IMG/VR virus record: IMGVR_UViG_3300031949_000101
Coordinates: 1 to 38,316 of that record
Source: a virus
Taxonomy: Duplodnaviria; Caudoviricetes
Strand: one strand, 5' to 3'
Length of the DNA stretch: 38,316 nucleotides
Shown in pieces: positions 8,138 through 16,361 of the stretch (the stretch's first letter is position 1; the number at the start of each line of letters is the position of its first letter). Below the pieces are notes generated by a model. That model searched no databases, was not told where the DNA came from, and saw nothing but the letters and a program-made list of their open reading frames with translations. A program made the position numbers and the translations under genes.

Positions 8138-10104
8138 TGCGGACCTCCAGGGGCCGGCTGCGACCCTTGCCCATTGGTTCCCCCCTGGTCCCGGCCCGCC
8201 ACGGTGGCTTGGTTCGCCATCATCTGCTGAGATAAAGCAACCAATTCGTCTATCATCCTCTCTGACACAAAATCGAATTTTGAGGCTGTTTCTGCGAGCA
8301 ATTCCCGAGACATGGCGAGCTGAGGGAACTGTCCCATAACTTGCAGGAACCCCATCCACTGTTCGCGTTCTACGTCAAGGTTTCGTGGTCGGAAGGACCC
8401 AGGAATAACTTCCACAATGCCGTCAAAGGCAATCTGTTCACGTGTCACCGTTTGCCATTTCTGTTGGCCCAGACGCTCAGCCATAGCCTCCCGAAGGCCG
8501 GGGAAATACTTGAGGGTCTGAGGCGTGAGGCCGTACACGTTGCCCGCATACTCCTTGATCTCCTGGTCGTCAAAACCCTTAATGCGTACCCACATGTCCA
8601 AGGTCATGGTCGCCTGGACCAACTTGAGCATCTTGAGTCCAGCGTTCGTCAACCATTTTCGCACCCCAGTCTGCAAGTCGGTGTCGCGCAGGTTCGCTGC
8701 CCGCTCCACAAAGCCCACCTCCGTCGCGGTGGTCTTAGACGGGGAACCCTGGCGTGAGCCAGGCTGCCCGGTGATAATCATCCAGTCCGTCTGTAGAGAT
8801 GACACGTCCCGGTAAATCGCGTTGTTCAGGTCATGCTCGGAAAACATTTGTGGCGGCCTGGCCACGTCCCGCACCTTTACGGCCTCCATATCGTACGGGG
8901 ACTTGAACATTTTAATGGCCTCGTCCGGATCATCAAACGTCGCATCGTCGTAAAGCACCTTACGCGCGGATCGTTTTGCCCCCTGAACCATCTGCTGACG
9001 GCGGATGTTGTACTCACGTTGCGGGTCCAGCCACGCGGCTGTGTACGGCATCGGCCACGGACAAGGCTTAGGGCCAATAATCGGAATCCAGCCGGGCAAG
9101 ATGCTGTACGGATGATCTTCGATGCCGGGCGGCAACCCCGCGTCGACCAACGGCTCTTTGAACGTCTGATCGGGCGCAATCACCAGCCAGCGCTTTTTCT
9201 TGAGATCATATATCTCGTAGTATTTGACTACCTGGTCTTCTTCGTCTTCGTCTTCGCCGACGTCCATACCACGGCGATTTTCATCGCTGCCCTGATTCGA
9301 CTTAAGCATCATGCGCAACTCTTCAGGAAAGCGAGGGTCCTCCTTCGCTTCCGACAATGGAACTGTCAGCTCTTCGCCAACCCACGGCCACTTTGACATG
9401 TCCGGGCCTTCGTCTGGCAGCAGAAGCTTGGTCGCATCCACCCACTCCCACCGATATACCTCGTCGGTCACAACAAAGTCAGGCTCAAATAGTGGCTCGC
9501 CTGTCTCTTCGTCTTTCATCTGCAACGGTTGCGCCTTGGAGGTGTCCAGCAACGGCTCGCCAGTCTCCGGGTTCACCGCCGGCATCCCCGTCATCGGGTC
9601 GACGATCAGCTGGAAGGTCTGTGGGTCGAGTCGCGGCTGCCCTGCTTCGTTCGTCTCAAAGATCGGATTCCCGCCCTGCGGGTTCGGCTCTAGCTTCGGG
9701 TCATAGACTGACTTCAGGCACGCGACACGGCTAAAACACTGGAGGATCGCGAGATTCGCGGCTGATTCCAGGTGCTGGTCCTGCGTAGCAATCGCAGTCA
9801 ATATGCCCTCGCCTTGCGCCGCCATGCGGTCCGTGGCAACGGCCTTATGCCCGGGCTTGGGGCGGACCATGAAGCGCGGATTCGAGACGAACAGGGACGG
9901 CTGAATTGTCTTCACGGTCGCCAGGAAGTGATTAAAAATCAACTCCTTCCCTTCGCCTATGACCCTTTGCTCACCCAACAGGTACTTCTCGCATTCCGCC
10001 ACCCGAAACCTCGTCTCCCACTCCTTACGTACCGTCCGTGACCGTTCCACTCGCCGGAGCCAGCGGTCATACACTTTTTCGCGTGTCGCCGTATCTTCAG
10101 CCAT
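8134..10104 (-). CDS. Portal protein (P22/podovirus type)
   Basis: About 656 aa after the terminase; V..YEIYD, LDPQREYN..R, KTTATEV motifs; TAATG overlap with the TerL nuclease stop sets the start at 10104. Confidence 0.9.
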   Translation of the reverse strand: MAEDTATREKVYDRWLRRVERSRTVRKEWETRFRVAECEKYLLGEQRVIGEGKELIFNHFLATVKTIQPSLFVSNPRFMVRPKPGHKAVATDRMAAQGEGILTAIATQDQHLESAANLAILQCFSRVACLKSVYDPKLEPNPQGGNPIFETNEAGQPRLDPQTFQLIVDPMTGMPAVNPETGEPLLDTSKAQPLQMKDEETGEPLFEPDFVVTDEVYRWEWVDATKLLLPDEGPDMSKWPWVGEELTVPLSEAKEDPRFPEELRMMLKSNQGSDENRRGMDVGEDEDEEDQVVKYYEIYDLKKKRWLVIAPDQTFKEPLVDAGLPPGIEDHPYSILPGWIPIIGPKPCPWPMPYTAAWLDPQREYNIRRQQMVQGAKRSARKVLYDDATFDDPDEAIKMFKSPYDMEAVKVRDVARPPQMFSEHDLNNAIYRDVSSLQTDWMIITGQPGSRQGSPSKTTATEVGFVERAANLRDTDLQTGVRKWLTNAGLKMLKLVQATMTLDMWVRIKGFDDQEIKEYAGNVYGLTPQTLKYFPGLREAMAERLGQQKWQTVTREQIAFDGIVEVIPGSFRPRNLDVEREQWMGFLQVMGQFPQLAMSRELLAETASKFDFVSERMIDELVALSQQMMANQATVAGRDQGGTNGQGSQPAPGGPQ

Positions 10105-11060
10105 TATCCCTCCCGGACCCGGAAGCTGCGGACTTCCTGCTCTCGCCCGTCGGCAATTGACTGCCGTTTCCACCAACCGAACGTCGCGGAGGGAGCGGGC
10201 GGTTTCGCCTTCCGTGGGGTTGGAGGGAAGCGCCTGAAGAAATACTTCATGCTGTCAAAAGCGTGATTGTCTTTGTCTACCAGCTCCTCCGGCTGATCTC
10301 GATTCATGGCAATCCGCGTGCTAAATTCCTTGTAGCGCTGCTGCCCTATTTCCCAGATAAGCTTAGGGCATGCCTGCGTGATCCGATAGCGGGGATTCTC
10401 CAGGTCTTGCCAAAACCAGCCGACTAGCCAGCTTGCCACGGTACTGTCACCGCCGCGTTCTCCCTTGTTGAACAAAATGCCGTTGTCACGGAACGCCTCA
10501 TAGACGCTCTTGTACGTGTTGTCACTTTGCGGCTGACCCTCCGACCATATAGACGGGTCTGCGATCTTGTAGATTTCCTTGCCCGCGAACGGGTTCCCCT
10601 CAAACGTGCGCCCGTCCTGGAGCTGCACGGCCTTCCCCTTGATAATTGAGGCGACATGGCCGACCGGCACGCCAGCCCCGTAAAACTCCCAGAGGGTGAC
10701 AATGTCGCCATCATAGTTGATCCCGTGGACAAGATAACATGCCGGGTTACGCCAGCCGTGGTCATAGCTCCCGTACAGCTTCCAGTTCTCAGGGATAAAG
10801 AACGGCACCACAATGCGCCCGTTTTGGCTCCATTGCGGCCACATGGGGAAAAGCCTGGTGCCGCCAAACGCGCCGTAGTCAATTTCTTGCTCTTTTGCCC
10901 ATCTGGGCGACTGTATGCCCCCAGGGTAACTCCGAGCGGCGTCAGCAAGCCATGCGTCGCCCGCAGCGGTCCCGGGCCGCTTGCGCGTGTCCGCGCTGTA
11001 GTGCAGGCGCACGACAGCCTGGCCCGATGTCGTGACGCGCATGGTTAAACCGGGAATCAT
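10104..11060 (-). CDS. terL: Terminase large subunit, nuclease (RNase H-like) half
   Basis: YGSYDHGWRNP, IADPS, CPKLIWEI..Y, DKDNHAFDSMKY. Confidence 0.9.
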   Translation of the reverse strand: MIPGLTMRVTTSGQAVVRLHYSADTRKRPGTAAGDAWLADAARSYPGGIQSPRWAKEQEIDYGAFGGTRLFPMWPQWSQNGRIVVPFFIPENWKLYGSYDHGWRNPACYLVHGINYDGDIVTLWEFYGAGVPVGHVASIIKGKAVQLQDGRTFEGNPFAGKEIYKIADPSIWSEGQPQSDNTYKSVYEAFRDNGILFNKGERGGDSTVASWLVGWFWQDLENPRYRITQACPKLIWEIGQQRYKEFSTRIAMNRDQPEELVDKDNHAFDSMKYFFRRFPPTPRKAKPPAPSATFGWWKRQSIADGREQEVRSFRVREG

Positions 11061-11335
11061 CTCTCACTCGAAAGATTCGGTCGGCGGAATTCTGAGCAGT
11101 CCGAACAAGCTGGAGATCTCATCGATCCGGCAAAAAGATACTTAGTTTGCTGGGCGCTTCTCCCCTTACTAAAGAAAGAGGCCGGCTTTGTCTTGTCCAC
11201 TACGGTAACAACCACCATGCCTGCGTAGTTCGAGCAGTCCTTATGGTCGCAAGGAATGTGCTTGACCGCCTCGTCATAGCCCCGTTTCAAATCGGCGTAC
11301 ATTTCCTCTACGTTATCATATCTTCTACAAATCAT
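11057..11335 (-). CDS. Small Zn-binding protein between the TerL halves; paralog of 19444-19725
   Basis: PCDHKDC...ACSDCSEFRRP; GGAGG RBS; ATGA overlap with the nuclease gene. Confidence 0.85.
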   Translation of the reverse strand: MICRRYDNVEEMYADLKRGYDEAVKHIPCDHKDCSNYAGMVVVTVVDKTKPASFFSKGRSAQQTKYLFAGSMRSPACSDCSEFRRPNLSSER

Positions 11336-11356
11336 ATGTGTCCTCCCTCTCTTTTG

Positions 11357-12154
11357 TTATGATGCCATTCCTTCGACAAGATCGCAGAAACTGCCGGGAT
11401 TGGCCGACGATATGAAAATCCCCTGGCCACCGCCTGAAATGGCAGGGATAGCGGCGGTATACGCCGCGTCAAAATCATCTTGGTATGCAGCCTCATCGCT
11501 GAAGAGCACCGACGGGGTATTTGACCGGACGATCGATCCGCCCTCGGCTATCGCCCACACATGCGACCCGTTGGGGAAATACAGATGCCCGTAGCTTCCC
11601 CCCCTGGGCCATGTCACCAGCCGCAACGGCTCCGGTAAGGTCGATTCGAGAAAAGACATCCTGGCCATTGTCGGCTCCTTGGTAAACACCAGGTTCGCCG
11701 CGTCATCTTCACGCTTGCTTTGCACCAGGATCAGCTGGTGAGGGTACGACCGTGCGCGCCAGAGAAGGTAACAGCAGACAATCCATGTCGCCATCAACTG
11801 ACGCGACTTTTCTATGAACAGAATGCAGGTCTTGAACAGGTGGTCAAGGAACTCCATCTCGTAGCCACGCTCCAGCGCCCACTGCGCGTTCCGGGGCTGG
11901 ATCATGCGGCCAGAGACAAGCAGGAAGTCGAGGAGCACCCGTAAGTACTCCTCATGAGGCAGCGTCTTTGTCGGGTGCAAGAGGTCGTGCTCATCCTTGG
12001 TCCGCAACACGCCGCTTTTGAAGATGAAGAAATGGGCGTCACGTCGGCACTTTTCCTTATACACGCGCCAGAGCGGAGACTTTACGTCCAGAGCCGAAAG
12101 GTCTATCTGCTGTCGCTCCGCTTCGGAGCGAAGCGGTAGCCCCTCCGTCTTCAT
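11357..12154 (-). CDS. terL: Terminase large subunit, ATPase half
   Basis: FIEKSRQLMATW (Walker A), VLFSDEAAYQ (Walker B), ISSANPG (coupling motif), then a stop. Confidence 0.9.
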   Translation of the reverse strand: MKTEGLPLRSEAERQQIDLSALDVKSPLWRVYKEKCRRDAHFFIFKSGVLRTKDEHDLLHPTKTLPHEEYLRVLLDFLLVSGRMIQPRNAQWALERGYEMEFLDHLFKTCILFIEKSRQLMATWIVCCYLLWRARSYPHQLILVQSKREDDAANLVFTKEPTMARMSFLESTLPEPLRLVTWPRGGSYGHLYFPNGSHVWAIAEGGSIVRSNTPSVLFSDEAAYQDDFDAAYTAAIPAISGGGQGIFISSANPGSFCDLVEGMAS

Positions 12155-12157
12155 TTT

Positions 12158-12361
12158 TCACCAGTCAGCTGTAGCGTGCTTTTGCATAATCCGGTCGTAC
12201 CAGGTATCCCCAACCGGGATGTACGTATACATTTCCTCACTATCCATCCCCCCATTGAGCACCTGTCGCACCACTGCTTTTGTTGCCGCCGAGCACCAAG
12301 GGTGAGCCAAAATCTCTTTCCCGGCTGCCACGTATTTGTCCCTCGTGAGCTTTAGTGTCAT
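12158..12361 (-). CDS. Hypothetical protein
   Basis: 67-aa ORF ending 3 nt before terL. Confidence 0.55.
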   Translation of the reverse strand: MTLKLTRDKYVAAGKEILAHPWCSAATKAVVRQVLNGGMDSEEMYTYIPVGDTWYDRIMQKHATADW

Positions 12362-12374
12362 GGTCGCTTCTTCT

Positions 12375-12524
12375 TCATTTCAGCCTCTCCGTGCGTAGCT
12401 CGTATTTCGCCACCTTTACCGCCAAGCAGACGGCGCAAAAGACCCGGGCGTTTATCTTATCCGCCCTGAACACCCGGAAGACGGCTGGACGTTTGCACGT
12501 TGGTGTGTCACAGTTCGGGCGCAT
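12375..12524 (-). CDS. 49-aa Zn-finger microprotein (not in ORF track)
   Basis: MRPNCDTPTCKRPAVF...VFCAVCLAVKVAKYELRTERLK; AAGGAG RBS. Confidence 0.65.
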   Translation of the reverse strand: MRPNCDTPTCKRPAVFRVFRADKINARVFCAVCLAVKVAKYELRTERLK

Positions 12525-12535
12525 CACTGAACTCC

Positions 12536-13012
12536 TTAGTTCGCCTGCAGGAGGAGATTGCTAGGGGCGGTAGGGACAAGACCAGCCTCGAAGCTCACTT
12601 CATTCGCGTTGGCCGATTCGGCGAATTGGTTCAGCGCTGACACCGTACAGAAATACCTCCCCGGGCTCGTCACTACGGCGGACAGCGGATAGATTCGTAA
12701 CGCCGGGTCCGCCACCGCCACCAGGATCGTATAACTTCCAGTCGCCGCCCCGCACTTTATGTGGAAGCTCTCCGCTACCCCCCCATCGCCTTGGGCCCAC
12801 TCCCAGCTAAGTTTCGCTCTCTGTAGGTCCACCGCTATCATAGTCTGAGCGGTAGCCTCCGGCGCCAGCCCTGGGCTCATCGAAGTCAAGAGCGCTGCTA
12901 AAAGGGTCATCCACGTCCGCCAGCTCGGCCTCATGAGCCAGAACAGGAAGCCGATCAGCCGCTTGTGGTTCAACACTTCTGTCTTCTTTCCGTCCCATTT
13001 CGTGTTCAACAT
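12536..13012 (-). CDS. Exported or membrane protein with a fibronectin-III-like domain
   Basis: Hydrophobic leader ending ATA-QT; LSW...F.I..G...G.Y...YFCTVSALN..AES..ANEV...P.APSNL pattern. Confidence 0.65.
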   Translation of the reverse strand: MLNTKWDGKKTEVLNHKRLIGFLFWLMRPSWRTWMTLLAALLTSMSPGLAPEATAQTMIAVDLQRAKLSWEWAQGDGGVAESFHIKCGAATGSYTILVAVADPALRIYPLSAVVTSPGRYFCTVSALNQFAESANANEVSFEAGLVPTAPSNLLLQAN

Positions 13013-13649
13013 ATGTTTCCTTTCGCGTGGTCGTGATACGCGTCGTTCGCGTGTGAGCAGTCACATACAGCTGCTCCATTTTCGCCAACTCTTCGTCACT
13101 CAACATTTCCATCGTCGCCTGTTTGAGCAGAATATCAGGCCGACTGTCTGCCCGCCCTTGCGCGAACTCTATCCCCCGTAAGATCGTATCAAGACTGCGG
13201 GTGATCTGCTCAACACACCGCCCTTTTTCCGGCATCGTGAGCGCCGCAAGGTCCTCCGCCATCATCGACTCAACCAGACTCCGCAAGAAGACCGCCTCAC
13301 GTGTCACAACATCGAACAACGGGTCAAGGTCATACGCCCGCCCCTTCGCTGCCGCCCGCATGATCACGTCTCCGTAAGTCTCGACCGCCTTCCCCTGTTG
13401 TCCCTCTATCGGGTGGTTCAGGTCGATCCCCGTCGAGTTGAACAACGCAGCCGGCAGGAATGGCTTGCTCGCTATCGTCTTGTCCGAGGGCCGCTGTGTC
13501 TTCCCCTTCGGCAACCCCGTCACGTTCTTCCTGTCCGCATCCTCCGCTTTTGACTTGAATGACCCGTCTGCATTCCGTGGCGCGCCCCGCCGCCCGCTTG
13601 CTGGTTTCTTCACACCGCTGAAGCTTCGCTTCTTACCCTCTGATGACAT
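12807..13649 (-). CDS. Putative terminase small subunit
   Basis: First large gene of the late operon; basic N-terminus (RNADGSFK), helical middle, LSDEEL motif. Confidence 0.5.
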   Translation of the reverse strand: MSSEGKKRSFSGVKKPASGRRGAPRNADGSFKSKAEDADRKNVTGLPKGKTQRPSDKTIASKPFLPAALFNSTGIDLNHPIEGQQGKAVETYGDVIMRAAAKGRAYDLDPLFDVVTREAVFLRSLVESMMAEDLAALTMPEKGRCVEQITRSLDTILRGIEFAQGRADSRPDILLKQATMEMLSDEELAKMEQLYVTAHTRTTRITTTRKETYVEHEMGRKEDRSVEPQAADRLPVLAHEAELADVDDPFSSALDFDEPRAGAGGYRSDYDSGGPTESET

Positions 13650-13993
13650 ACCACATCACCATCTCAAAGAGTATCGCCGCTCCCATCATCAGCCCTAATA
13701 CCCAGTACCCTCGCCACATTCCCTCTTCCTTCCTCTGTTTTGTTCATGCCATTACTATCTCACCCGCGCCCCCCGTCAACCCCGTTGAGGAAAATACGGC
13801 GCGCGTTTTTTTTCGTGCCCCAGAGCCATCGGCACCCCCCCCTACCCGGCCTTGACCCCCTCCCCCCCTAGGTCAAAATGAGGGCAGGCGGCTAAGTCCG
13901 CGAAATCATTGAGCTTTTTTGCCCCCTCACTTCCACGGATGGTGGCGACGACCATATCAGGAGGGCCAAACCGGCAAAGAATAGACACCTCCT

Positions 13994-14006
13994 CAACCCC
14001 TTGATT
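13994..14006. promoter_or_regulatory. IHF-consensus site
   Basis: CAACCCCTTGATT matches YAANNNNTTGATW; near match TAACCCGTTGACG at 14024-14036. Confidence 0.5.
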
Positions 14007-14087
14007 CTAGCGGGCTGGCGAGATAACCCGTTGACGATGTTGTTACTTCACGTGGACCCTTGAAATCATTGAGGAATTTGGCCACGC

Positions 14088-14115
14088 AAGTAACATAATG
14101 GTCCTTATCAGACAT
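14088..14115 (-). other. dif-like XerC/XerD recombination site
   Basis: ATGTCTGATAA-GGACCA-TTATGTTACTT: 11-6-11 layout; XerD arm 9/11 to E. coli TTATGTTAAAT; XerC arm ends ATAA. Confidence 0.75.
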
Positions 14116-14145
14116 AGGCAGCTGATCTTCATGTAACACTTGAGA

Positions 14146-14161
14146 TGTTTCACGTGAAACA
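14146..14161. promoter_or_regulatory. parS centromere-like site
   Basis: Perfect palindrome TGTTTCACGTGAAACA, the bacterial chromosomal parS consensus. Confidence 0.88.
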
Positions 14162-14216
14162 TTATGGGCCTCGCGAGTAAGGCCCGGATGACCTAAAAGG
14201 TGAAAATGCTCCATAG

Positions 14217-14528
14217 TCACCCACGCTGAGCCTGTCTGGAGAGTTGATGGAAGCGACGCATGACGGCGCGGTAGCGAGCAGCCGAGTAAGCGAACCCCTT
14301 AGAGTCGACGGCACGCCAGGCTTTTTCGAGCTTGAGGTACTCACGATCGAGTTGGGCGCGATGCCACTGCCAGGCGAGGATAGCGGCCTCCGTGGTAGCC
14401 CACTGATTTCTTTTGAGTCGGAACATCGGAAATCCAAAGTCACGTCTCAGGTACTGTAGCACGTTGGGGTGAACGCCGAGCCGTTTGGCGATAACAGGGA
14501 GGGTACAGTACGCGGCTGGGGTATCCAT
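14217..14528 (-). CDS. HTH DNA-binding protein
   Basis: LPVIAKRLGVHPNVLQYLRRDFGFP (AlpA/Xis-like HTH); start uncertain. Confidence 0.65.
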   Translation of the reverse strand: MDTPAAYCTLPVIAKRLGVHPNVLQYLRRDFGFPMFRLKRNQWATTEAAILAWQWHRAQLDREYLKLEKAWRAVDSKGFAYSAARYRAVMRRFHQLSRQAQRG

Positions 14529-14559
14529 ACGCCAGAGATAGTACAAAAAGACGTCTAAC

Positions 14560-14745
14560 GCTAGTGTCACTAGTGTCTACTGTCACTAGTGTGTGTCCCA
14601 CTCTCTCTCTCTCCCTCTCTCTATGACTACGTGTATGAAAGTGTGGAAAAATAAGTAATTACACATACATACGCGCGCGCGAGGAGGCAGGCAGGGAGGC
14701 AGGGGGAGACACACTGGTGACACTAGTGACAGTAGTGACAGTAAG
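14560..14745. repeat. Inverted arrays of 9-bp iteron-like units; probable replication origin
   Basis: (TGTCACTAG)-like units at 14561-14598 and their reverse complement at 14706-14743 around an AT-richer core, directly downstream of the replication gene. Confidence 0.65.
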
Positions 14746-14749
14746 GGAA

Positions 14750-16126
14750 CTAGTTGACCCGGAGCACCTTCTTAGTGCCGCGGGCGCCTTCTTTAATTTC
14801 GACCAACTCGCCTGATTTTACTAGCCTTTCTATCGCCTCGTTTACCGTTGAATAGCCGCCATATCCGTGCAATTTACGTGTCACCTCGCGTTTCGTTAGT
14901 GGCACTAGTGGCACTAAAGTCGACGCTACTGTCACTAGTGTTACTATCCTCTCCTCCAGTTGCCCTCTCGCTACAAGGTGAGCTGGTTGGTCGGGGGGAG
15001 TATCGGCCATAAGCTGCTGCACGTATCGCAGTGACATTTCAACTACAACTTTAGCGGCCATAGCGTGGCTGAGGGTAATAAGTGGGGAGCTCGAGGACCA
15101 GGCATAGAGCATGGCGATCTTATGGGCATAGACGTGCAGTCGCCGGAACATATCATCAGCAGGCTCACCGTTCCCGTTGCGGTTCATGATCTGCCCAAAC
15201 AATGCGTCGCCCCACAGGCGGACATAGTCGTGGGCGTCCTGGTCGTACAGGGTCCATACGTCCTGCCCGAGGCCAAAGGCATGTGGGCGACCCGGGGGTA
15301 TGACGGTACGCAGCTGATTGTAGTTGATGCCAGATGTGGGGTCTTCGAACTGCCATCGGGCATGTGAGCCTGGCAGTATCAAGTACCGATTAAGAAATCC
15401 CGACCTGACCATAGATAGTGTTACCTCCTCATGGAACAGGCTCTCTGTTGTGGTGGCACATATCGAGAGTGATGGTGTGGGGATTTCGACTCTGCCTCCT
15501 CCGCTCTTACTCGCCTCCGAGCGGGAGACGGTAAACCGATCATCCCCATCAAAGAGGGTATTGAGATCTTGAGAGAGGGTAGCGTTCTGGATTTTGAGGT
15601 TTTTCGCAACCGTAGTCCATTCAGGGAGAAGAAGGATCGACGGATAAACATCTACCCGACTGACCGCGCCTTTTGCACGCTCGACGTCGGCCAGGACGGA
15701 GACAAGGCCGGGTCCCGACTGCACGCCCGTGCTTATGCGGTAGTCGGAAGGGAGTAGGCCTCGGCATATGTTGGTGCAGACGGATTTCCCCGTGCCGGTT
15801 GGTGAGATAAGGAGCCCGTACATCCAACCATAGAGATTGGCGTGGTAGTGGGCGTGGACGTTGCGGTGGGCGATAGCACCGAGGGCGCAGGCAGTACCCA
15901 TCCACACCTCCCATGTGCGCCTCTGCACGATATCCGCGACGCTGGCGAATACGCCTTGCCAGAGGATATCCGGGCAAAGGTACGGCTCGGGATGTTCGTC
16001 AATGGTGCGCTCCTCACCCTGCATCCACGCATTCTCGGCCGCGTCGCCGAGCATGACAGCCGCTGCTACTCGCTTACGAGCCTCTTCAGCCGACCATCCT
16101 GTAGGTTCAGACGGCACGTTCTCCAT
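14750..16126 (-). CDS. DUF3987/YfjI-like P-loop replication protein with a C-terminal winged helix
   Basis: LISPTGTGKS, SGPGL, LLLPEW, L..LFDG, PSLSICATT, SGFLNRYL. Confidence 0.8.
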   Translation of the reverse strand: MENVPSEPTGWSAEEARKRVAAAVMLGDAAENAWMQGEERTIDEHPEPYLCPDILWQGVFASVADIVQRRTWEVWMGTACALGAIAHRNVHAHYHANLYGWMYGLLISPTGTGKSVCTNICRGLLPSDYRISTGVQSGPGLVSVLADVERAKGAVSRVDVYPSILLLPEWTTVAKNLKIQNATLSQDLNTLFDGDDRFTVSRSEASKSGGGRVEIPTPSLSICATTTESLFHEEVTLSMVRSGFLNRYLILPGSHARWQFEDPTSGINYNQLRTVIPPGRPHAFGLGQDVWTLYDQDAHDYVRLWGDALFGQIMNRNGNGEPADDMFRRLHVYAHKIAMLYAWSSSSPLITLSHAMAAKVVVEMSLRYVQQLMADTPPDQPAHLVARGQLEERIVTLVTVASTLVPLVPLTKREVTRKLHGYGGYSTVNEAIERLVKSGELVEIKEGARGTKKVLRVN

Positions 16127-16301
16127 CGGCCTGCTCCTTCTCAGCGTTATTCAATATCGCCCGCTCTTTATCAATTTCGCGGATGTAGGCTTCAATGGCG
16201 CGGCGCACCAGCTCCGAACGCGGTGCGCCGGTGAGCTTATGCTCTTGCTCTAGGAGTTGCACCTGCCTCTCCTGGAGATAAATGGTCCTAGATTTTCTCA
16301 T
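16107..16301 (-). CDS. Ribbon-helix-helix (CopG-like) regulator
   Basis: RTIYL...QVQLL......G.PRSELVRRAIEAY. Confidence 0.85.
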   Translation of the reverse strand: MRKSRTIYLQERQVQLLEQEHKLTGAPRSELVRRAIEAYIREIDKERAILNNAEKEQADGERAV

Positions 16302-16311
16302 GGGTTCCCCT

Positions 16312-16340
16312 TTGACTTATACGTTCATATACCCTACCCT
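16312..16340 (+). promoter_or_regulatory. Candidate sigma70 promoter for the CHC2 gene
   Basis: TTGACT-17 nt-TACCCT, then AAGGAGG RBS. Confidence 0.5.
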
Positions 16341-16361
16341 ACGCGCAAAGGAGGAGTCAAC

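Noticed and set aside
11061-11356. Self-splicing intron or intein interrupting terL
   Set aside because: The ~300 nt are almost wholly an ORF with its own RBS; no room for an intron core and no intein or homing-endonuclease motifs.
14044-14059. Second parS (TACTTCACGTGGACCC)
   Set aside because: Only the core matches; several mismatches in the outer arms.
13993-14220. 75-aa ORF containing NVSRET
   Set aside because: VSRET is simply the translation of the parS palindrome; the region is better explained as cis sites.
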